Assembly: GCF_001457595.1 (NCBI RefSeq)
Contig: NZ_LN831039.1
Coordinates: forward strand, 4,170,001 to 4,202,000
Direction of reading: 5' to 3'
DNA length: 32,000 nucleotides
Source: Mycolicibacterium smegmatis
GTDB taxonomy: Bacteria > Actinomycetota > Actinomycetes > Mycobacteriales > Mycobacteriaceae
Notes under the pieces: generated by a model
The model's input: only the letters and a program-made list of their open reading frames with translations
What the model was told of the DNA's origin: nothing
Databases searched by the model: none
Translations under genes and position numbers: made by a program
In this document: piece by piece, positions 26,300 to 32,000 of the stretch
How the letters are laid out: each line of letters starts with the position of its first letter
Numbering within the stretch: position 1 is the first letter of the stretch

Positions 26300-26581
26300 T
26301 CAGAGCTCCACATAGTGCTGCGCGAGCGGCTGAACGTCGATTTTCATGTACGGGTGGGCCGGCAAGGCCGACAATTTGTCATGTAGCTCCGAAGCTGAAG
26401 CAGCTGACCATATTCCGACGTTGGACCTGGTCCCGGGGATCCTCCAAATACGTACGATGACACCCGCACGACGGTATCCGCGGGCACGTTCGGCTTCTCG
26501 GGCCATGACCGCGTCCCACTCTGCGTCAGGCACGGTCGCAGGCCGTTCGACATCGATCCGCACCAGGTATTCATTCGTCAT
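26300..26581 (-). CDS. Muconolactone delta-isomerase-like small protein
   Basis: MTNEYLVRIDVERPATVPDAEWDAVMAREAERARGYRRAGVIVRIWRIPGTRSNVGIWSAASASELHDKLSALPAHPYMKIDVQPLAQH matches the CatC-like ferredoxin-fold pattern. Confidence 0.8.
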   Translation of the reverse strand: MTNEYLVRIDVERPATVPDAEWDAVMAREAERARGYRRAGVIVRIWRIPGTRSNVGIWSAASASELHDKLSALPAHPYMKIDVQPLAQHYVEL

Positions 26582-27738
26582 CGGATTCCCAACTCTTCGA
26601 GCAACTCGTCGGTGTGGGCCCCGACCGCCGGAACGCTTGCGCTGTCATCGGCAGCGGTGGGGCGACTTGCGAAACGAAACGGCGCCGCCACCACGGGCAC
26701 GGTCGCCCCGGACGGCAGCGTCGCTGTCGTCCAGCGATTCCCTGCCTGCAGCTGCGGATGCGCAACGACGTCCGCGACGCCGTTCATCCGGCCCCACGGC
26801 ACACCCGCTGCGTCCAGCCTCTCGACCAAGGCTTTCTCGGAGATGCCGGCCACCGCTGATGCAACGGCCTTTTCCACGTCGTTCCGCCGCGCCAGGCGGC
26901 CCGCGTTGTGTCGCAGATCAGGATCGTCGCTCAATGCCGAGGCGCCGACGCACCCACACAAAGCCAACCACTGGCGATCGTTTTGTACCGCGATGTTGAT
27001 GACCTTCCCGTCTTGTGTGGTGAACGGTCCGTACGGGGTGATCGTTGCGTGTCGCGTCCCCGCGGGCGGAATCTCGACTCCGGCCTCCAGGTACGCGATC
27101 AGAAGAGGGCTCATCCACTCGACCAGGACATCGAACATCGCCACGTGGACACGGTCACCCCGTCCCGTCGCGTCGCGTTGGCGCAACGCACTGAGGATCG
27201 CGGTGACCGCGTATATCCCGCCGCCGAGATCAGCCAGCGAAACGCCCGGCTTAGCGGGGCATCCGGGCTCACCGGTGTTGAGCGTCACCCCGGCCTCGCC
27301 TTGGACCAGCAGATCGAACGCCTTGCGTTTCTCGTAGGGGCCGTCCGGCCCGTATCCGCTGATGGCGCACCACACGAGACGCGGATTACGTTCCGCGAGT
27401 GTCGAATCGTCGACGATACGGTCAACCGCCCCGGGTGCGAGGTTCGTCAGGAAGACATCTGCGGTGTCGAGGAGTCGCAGGAGGACTTCACGTCCGGCGT
27501 CGTCCTTGAGGTCCAACGCGACGCTGCGCTTCCCGCGGTTGAGCCACACGAAGTGTGACGACATACCTTTCGCATAGGTGTCGTAGTCGCGAGCAAAGTC
27601 ACCTCCTCCGGGACGCTCGATCTTGATGACGTCTGCGCCGAGGTCAGCCAGGTGACGAGAGCACAGCGGGGCCGCGACTGCCTGTTCGATTGCGACGACT
27701 CGGATTCCGTCGAGCGGTAGCGTCTGTTTCTCGATCAT
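26578..27738 (-). CDS. Type III CoA-transferase (CaiB/BaiF family)
   Basis: DGIRVVAIEQAVAAPLCSRHLADLGADVIKIERPGGGDFARDYD...FVWLNRGKRSVALDLK...NPRLVWCAISGYGPDGPYEKRKAFDLLVQGEAG. Start ATG 27738. Confidence 0.93.
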   Translation of the reverse strand: MIEKQTLPLDGIRVVAIEQAVAAPLCSRHLADLGADVIKIERPGGGDFARDYDTYAKGMSSHFVWLNRGKRSVALDLKDDAGREVLLRLLDTADVFLTNLAPGAVDRIVDDSTLAERNPRLVWCAISGYGPDGPYEKRKAFDLLVQGEAGVTLNTGEPGCPAKPGVSLADLGGGIYAVTAILSALRQRDATGRGDRVHVAMFDVLVEWMSPLLIAYLEAGVEIPPAGTRHATITPYGPFTTQDGKVINIAVQNDRQWLALCGCVGASALSDDPDLRHNAGRLARRNDVEKAVASAVAGISEKALVERLDAAGVPWGRMNGVADVVAHPQLQAGNRWTTATLPSGATVPVVAAPFRFASRPTAADDSASVPAVGAHTDELLEELGIR

Positions 27739-28703
27739 CAGAACCTCAACTTCGTGCCGACGGAGGGCTGCAGGTACCGGTCCGGTGCTTCCACCGAGAA
27801 TCGGGCGTGGGTGGCGAGTCCGCTGCAATGCATCGGCATGATCGCCCGCACATCACGTTCCAGCAGGCCGGTGAGCGTCAGCCCGACATTGTCGGCAGGT
27901 GTGGTCGGGAAACCGAGATGGAACCCGCCCAGAACCGCGAGAACCGGACGATGCCCGCAAATTCGTCGTGCTTGATCGATGGTGTTCAGGACACCTGCGT
28001 GTGCACAGCCGGTCAGGATCACCAGCCCCTTGCCCTTGACGTCGATGATCAGACCCTGCTCGTCGTTGACCTCATCGAGACCGTAACTGCCGTCAGCTCC
28101 CACCTGGTACAGGCCAGGGGCATGGTCCTCGCTCGGCGCCTTCGGCCCTTCGAAGGAAACCTCCCGCGGGATGAAGCCCGTGGTGTATACGCCGCACCCC
28201 AGGTCGAGCGCTCCGGAGCTGAGAATTGGTCTGCCATCGCGGCGCTCAAGCGCATCGACGGTGAACGACTGGTTGTAATAGGGCGACACCCGGCCGTCGC
28301 CCATCACCGCGAACCGGGGCCGGAAGGCGTCTTCGCTCGTGGCGACCGGCAGCGTCCGGTCGAAGGCGTCGAGCAGCGGGAGTATTCCCCCGTAATGATC
28401 TGGATGCCCGTGGCTTATCACGACGGCATCGATTGCCGAGGCATCCACACCCAGAGCACTCAAGTTGTGCAGGAGCACGGAACCGGTCAGCCCCACATCG
28501 AACAGCACCGTTGTGGTGTGCCGGTCGTGGTGCGCCTCGACGAGGATGCTGATCCCGTTCTCCGCCTGCGGGGGGATGCGCTTCGGATCGAAGTGATCGA
28601 CCAGACCTGTACGCACACAATGGTCACCGTGATCGGGTAGCAGCATGTCCACCCAATTCTCGACCAGAATCGTCAGCTCGACCCGGTCGGCTTGGAACGT
28701 CAT
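27738..28703 (-). CDS. Metallo-beta-lactamase-fold hydrolase (MBL superfamily, dihydropterin/RFAP synthase-like subgroup)
   Basis: VLFDVGLTGSVLLHNLSALGVDASAIDAVVISHGHPDHYGG (HxHxDH), LVILTGCAHAGVLNTIDQA, AVLGGFHL. Confidence 0.88.
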   Translation of the reverse strand: MTFQADRVELTILVENWVDMLLPDHGDHCVRTGLVDHFDPKRIPPQAENGISILVEAHHDRHTTTVLFDVGLTGSVLLHNLSALGVDASAIDAVVISHGHPDHYGGILPLLDAFDRTLPVATSEDAFRPRFAVMGDGRVSPYYNQSFTVDALERRDGRPILSSGALDLGCGVYTTGFIPREVSFEGPKAPSEDHAPGLYQVGADGSYGLDEVNDEQGLIIDVKGKGLVILTGCAHAGVLNTIDQARRICGHRPVLAVLGGFHLGFPTTPADNVGLTLTGLLERDVRAIMPMHCSGLATHARFSVEAPDRYLQPSVGTKLRF

Positions 28704-28800
28704 CAGGGTCCCTTCGTGGTTATCTCGAACGGTTTGTAGAACAGGTGGCGCTCAACGATGCGGCTACCGAGGCCCGCCTCCGTCGTCGGCCAACCTTCGA

Positions 28801-29784
28801 TCAGAAGATGGCAAGGGGATTGACCGGAGAGCCCACCGCTGCGGTGATCGGCAGCGGCGGGGCAACGAAGAAGAACTCGTAACGCTCCTGCTGCCTGCAC
28901 ACATCGGCCAGCCGTTCGAGGTCGAATATCTCGCCAATCGTCATGCCCGCGTTGGCAAGAAGAATCAGGTGCAACGGCTGGAACACCCCAGGGGTGTCAT
29001 TGGGCTGAACTTCCGCACCCCAGGTGTCGGTGGCAAGAGCGGCGATCTCGTGCTCGACGAACCAATGGGCGCTGTCGACGCCGAGGCCCGGTGCGGGACC
29101 TGAGTCGTAGGCCCCCCAGGTCCCCTCGGCACGTACCTGGGCCAACTGACCTGTGCGGATGAGCACTATGTCACCACTACATATCGACACACCCTGCTGA
29201 TCTGCACAGGCAGTCAGGTCCGCGCTGTTGATCGCATGGCCGGCCTCGAGCCACGGAACGTCATGGTGGCGTGCCACGTCGAGGAGGACACCGCGGCCTG
29301 CGATACCGTCGGCCACCTTGTCGATGCTGTTGGCTGTCGCGCCGCTGCTGGTCACCGACTCCAGCCCGTGCCCGTTGTACATCTGACCCCGATAGAAGAT
29401 GTGCGCCAGGGCGTCCCACTGAGTACCGCACTGCAATGGCATCGATACCGCGTCATCGCAGTAACGAAGAATGTCGAGGTGGTCCTGGGCACCGAGGGCG
29501 ATATCTCCGCCGTCCTGGAGCATGGAGTGGATAGGATTCGTCCTGCCGCCGAACCCGCCGGCCTGCGGACCGTCGCCGTTGAACGGCAGTGCGCAGGACA
29601 CCACCGTTCCGGTCCTCACCAGTGCCGCCGCCTCGGCGATCGCGGCCGGGGTGATGAAGTTCAGTGTCCCGCGCTCGTCGTCCTCACCCCACCTCCCCCA
29701 GTTGCGGTACTTGAGGCAGAGTTCGTCCACAAGTTTCACGGCATCGCCGCCGAGATCTGCTGTAGAGGTATGAAGTTGGGTCAT
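28801..29784 (-). CDS. Cyclase family protein (PF04199, kynurenine formamidase-like metal-dependent hydrolase)
   Basis: DDERGTLNFITPAAIAEAAALVRTGTVVSCALPFN...ALDHLDILRYCDD...LAHIFYRGQMYNG...GVLLDVARHHD...CSGDIVLIRTGQ; typical cyclase motifs including the HxxxD-like region. Confidence 0.85.
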   Translation of the reverse strand: MTQLHTSTADLGGDAVKLVDELCLKYRNWGRWGEDDERGTLNFITPAAIAEAAALVRTGTVVSCALPFNGDGPQAGGFGGRTNPIHSMLQDGGDIALGAQDHLDILRYCDDAVSMPLQCGTQWDALAHIFYRGQMYNGHGLESVTSSGATANSIDKVADGIAGRGVLLDVARHHDVPWLEAGHAINSADLTACADQQGVSICSGDIVLIRTGQLAQVRAEGTWGAYDSGPAPGLGVDSAHWFVEHEIAALATDTWGAEVQPNDTPGVFQPLHLILLANAGMTIGEIFDLERLADVCRQQERYEFFFVAPPLPITAAVGSPVNPLAIF

Positions 29785-29826
29785 GTCCGTCTCCTTTGCA
29801 CAGTTGAAGGTGGGAAAACTGTTCTG

Positions 29827-31275
29827 TCAGCCTCGGATCGCAGACATCGAGTCGCGACCTGACCGGTTGCGCTTGCGCGCCTCGATCTCCGCATCGAGCG
29901 TTTCGAGGTTTTTCCCTCGGGTCTCGAACCCCAGGAGCAGGAAGGCGCATCCGCACAGGAGGTACCAGACCGCGAAGTAGGCGAACGCCGGGAGGAGGTC
30001 CGTTGTCGGCGCGTCAGGTTTCACCAAGTTGTCCGAGCCGACGATCAAACCCAGTCCGAGCGGGCCGACGACCTTTCCGAGGCCGCCTGCGCCGTAGGCG
30101 AATCCCATGCCGGTGGCCCGCAATCGGCTGGGCCACACCTCAGCTGAGTAGGGGCCGACGACGGCGAAGCCACCTTCGGCGAAGAAGTAGACGGCGATCA
30201 TCACGACAAGAAACACGGCCACTCCCCCGATGTATGCGTCGCCCGCCACGGCGGCGAGGATGACGAGCCCGGCCGCCGAGAAGGCAGCGAGCGCACCGGT
30301 GAACCGACGCCCCCTGCTCTCGGAGAGGTGAGACAGGAAGAGGCGACCTGCCAGCGCTCCCATCGTGACGAACACCATGTACAGACCCGCTTGAGCCGGG
30401 TCGATCCCGAGCGTCATGACAAGAAGCGTTGGTGCCCATAGCGCGATGCCGTAGACGCCCGTCTGGGCACCCAGATTGGTGACGGTCGACAGCAGCAGGC
30501 TACGCGGGTATGCGAGCAGTTCTCGGACACTGGAACCGGCGGGGTCGTCGACTGCGTGTTCGCTGTCATCGTCGCTGCTCGCGAGCGGAAGTGATGCCGG
30601 GTCGACCTGCAGAGCCCAGCCGACTGCCTTACGGGCGTCCTCGAAACGCCGTCTACGGAGCAGGAACCGGGGAGATTCGGGAACGGTGAACCGCGCCAGC
30701 AGAAGCAGGAGACCGGATGCTCCTGTGAGGAGCAGGATTCCGCGCCAGCCGATCAGGTCCGAAAGCAGCCACACCATCAAGGAGCCCACGAGGAAACCGA
30801 GTGGTACCGCTGCGGTCACGTAACCCGTTACACGCCCCCGCTTGCTGGTGGGCATGAACTCCTGGACCATCGGCAGATCCACCACGTAGAGCCCCCCGGC
30901 ACCGAAGCCGACGACGACCCGGAGTACGGCAAGATAAACCCATCCGAGAGAGGCGTCTTCAGGAGTGAATGCCATCGCGGCGGTCGCGGCGGTGAACACC
31001 GTGATCGTGGTGAGAAACACCGGCCTTCGACCGATGCGGTCGGCCAGGCGGCCGAAGAATACCGCACCGACAACGGCGCCCAGTCCGGACGACAGCAAGA
31101 TCACCGAGGACTGTCCGAAGGTGAGCTGCCACGACGTCGAGACGAAAGTGACGATGAATCCGATGAGAAAATAGTCGAGAAACTCCAGGCATATCGCCGA
31201 GGTGGCGATGTATGCCAACCCCTTCTGTCGCCGGGTCAGCCTTTCACATGTGTCGAGCGCATCAATCGTTCCCAC
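29827..31275 (-). CDS. MFS transporter (sugar/aromatic acid:H+ symporter-like, ~12 TM)
   Basis: FFGRLADRIGRRPVFLTTI, PESPRFLLRRRRFEDARKAV, SESRGRR, C-terminal LLGFETRGKNLETLDAEIEARKRN. Probable GTG start at 31275 (VGTIDALDTCERLTRRQKG). Confidence 0.9.
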   Translation of the reverse strand: MGTIDALDTCERLTRRQKGLAYIATSAICLEFLDYFLIGFIVTFVSTSWQLTFGQSSVILLSSGLGAVVGAVFFGRLADRIGRRPVFLTTITVFTAATAAMAFTPEDASLGWVYLAVLRVVVGFGAGGLYVVDLPMVQEFMPTSKRGRVTGYVTAAVPLGFLVGSLMVWLLSDLIGWRGILLLTGASGLLLLLARFTVPESPRFLLRRRRFEDARKAVGWALQVDPASLPLASSDDDSEHAVDDPAGSSVRELLAYPRSLLLSTVTNLGAQTGVYGIALWAPTLLVMTLGIDPAQAGLYMVFVTMGALAGRLFLSHLSESRGRRFTGALAAFSAAGLVILAAVAGDAYIGGVAVFLVVMIAVYFFAEGGFAVVGPYSAEVWPSRLRATGMGFAYGAGGLGKVVGPLGLGLIVGSDNLVKPDAPTTDLLPAFAYFAVWYLLCGCAFLLLGFETRGKNLETLDAEIEARKRNRSGRDSMSAIRG

Positions 31276-31397
31276 AAGCGTTTTCGCCTCTCTTCTACGA
31301 CCCGCTGCCCTGTGTGCGCGGTCCGTGTCTGCGCTCAATTGTGATGAGGAGCACTTGAGCAGACCATGGGAAGGAACACCGCGTTTGGGTCGATTCT

Positions 31398-31413
31398 TTG
31401 TGTGCAAACACAA
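31398..31413. promoter_or_regulatory. Inverted repeat TTGTGT-gcaa-ACACAA upstream of the MFS-led operon
   Basis: Read directly; located ~120 bp upstream of the MFS start and before the IS boundary. Confidence 0.4.
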
Positions 31414-31586
31414 CCAAACCGGTTGCTCTGATCACCGAACTCAGAGAGATCTCCTTCAAGCCTTGCCGGCGGTGGGACGTCTCCGCAGCCGAGGTCGCCA
31501 CCCTCCAGCTCAAGCACTCGGCCGAACAACATCCGCTCGCAGATGAAGTCATCGAACTTGGCCGGAGTCGGCAGATTCTTGCCGGG

Positions 31587-32000
31587 TGATCCGCCCCGGC
31601 ATGTCGGGAGGTTCTCTTATCTGAGTGCCTCCTCGGCATGAGGGTGCCGTTGGCGGTGGTAGTAGAGCGCTTCGGCCCGATCGGGGGTCAGGTCCTGGCA
31701 GTAGCCGTTGGGTCGCTGACGGTTGTAGAAGGCCACCCATTCGGCGGTCCCCAGCGCCAGTTCGGTGGCACCGGGATAGAGCGGCTGGCGGTCGATGAGT
31801 TCGGTCTTGTAGCTGCTGTTCACCGATTCGGCCAGAGCATTATCGAAACTATCCCCGACGGATCCGACTGAAGGCAGGATCCCCTCAGCGGCCAGACGTT
31901 CGGTGAACGCGACCGCGGTGTATTGCGAGCCCGCGTCGCTGTGGTGGATAAGTGAATCCAAAGATGCTGCACCCGAACGCTTTCTGGTGTCGATAGCGTG
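31587..32000 (-). mobile_element. IS3-family insertion sequence, partial (runs off the right edge)
   Basis: Terminal-IR-like TGATCCGCCCCGGCATGTCGGGAG at 31587 followed by the 3' end of an orfB transposase. Confidence 0.8.
31617..32000 (-). CDS. IS3-family transposase OrfB (integrase catalytic core), C-terminal part
   Basis: HAIDTRKRSGAASLDSLIHHSDAGSQYTAVAFTERLAAEGILPSVGSVGDSFDNALAESVNSSYKTELI: rve-domain HSDxGSQY and DNALAESVN with catalytic Asp/Glu. Confidence 0.93.
   Translation of the reverse strand, partial: HAIDTRKRSGAASLDSLIHHSDAGSQYTAVAFTERLAAEGILPSVGSVGDSFDNALAESVNSSYKTELIDRQPLYPGATELALGTAEWVAFYNRQRPNGYCQDLTPDRAEALYYHRQRHPHAEEALR

Noticed and set aside
27690-28640. 316-aa plus-strand ORF opposite the MBL gene
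   Set aside because: The minus-strand MBL gene has clear HxHxDH motifs and overlaps its neighbours in operon style; the plus frame has no domain features.
1-32000. CRISPR arrays, tRNA/rRNA genes, prophage, toxin-antitoxin or defence systems
   Set aside because: Looked for repeat-spacer periodicity, tRNA-like sequences and signature proteins; none was recognised by eye. Not a substitute for dedicated tools.

Overview
This is a high-GC actinobacterial window. Codon usage, small secreted proteins and gene families look mycobacterial- or nocardioform-like, but that is inference. Most of it is catabolic and accessory metabolism with many regulators. Left part (1-14.6 kb): a partial acyl-CoA synthetase, an enoyl-CoA hydratase, a TetR regulator, a pyridine-nucleotide-disulfide oxidoreductase, an unusual protein made of two complete TetR-type units in one chain, a LysR regulator, two quinone-oxidoreductase-like MDR proteins, a CGNR zinc-finger regulator divergent from a DUF417/RclC-like membrane protein, two tiny exported proteins, another TetR regulator and a NAD(P)-binding protein. 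Middle and right part (14.6-31.3 kb): a putative aromatic or ring-cleavage catabolic island. It encodes a citryl-CoA-lyase-like protein, an acyl-CoA ligase, a SnoaL/NTF2-like protein, ALDH, ADH, a RutE-like nitroreductase, an intradiol dioxygenase, a GntR/FCD regulator, an amidohydrolase-2 decarboxylase-like protein, a GAF+PucR/CdaR-type regulator, a muconolactone-isomerase-like protein, a type III CoA-transferase, an MBL-fold protein, a PF04199 cyclase and an MFS transporter. The right edge is an IS3-family transposase fragment. The most interesting observations are: (a) the tandem TetR-TetR fusion; (b) a repeated inverted-repeat motif CTAATGG-N15/16-CCATTAG at three sites, two of them in the CGNR/DUF417 divergent region; (c) palindromic TCGTATACGA boxes overlapping the -10 of two similar promoters (ALDH and intradiol dioxygenase), fitting a FadR-type GntR operator; (d) a ring-cleavage cluster that lacks the canonical cycloisomerase, maleylacetate reductase and enol-lactone hydrolase but has MBL, cyclase, CoA-transferase and lyase genes instead. 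No CRISPR, rRNA or tRNA was recognised. No database search was possible, so product names rest on recognised motifs.
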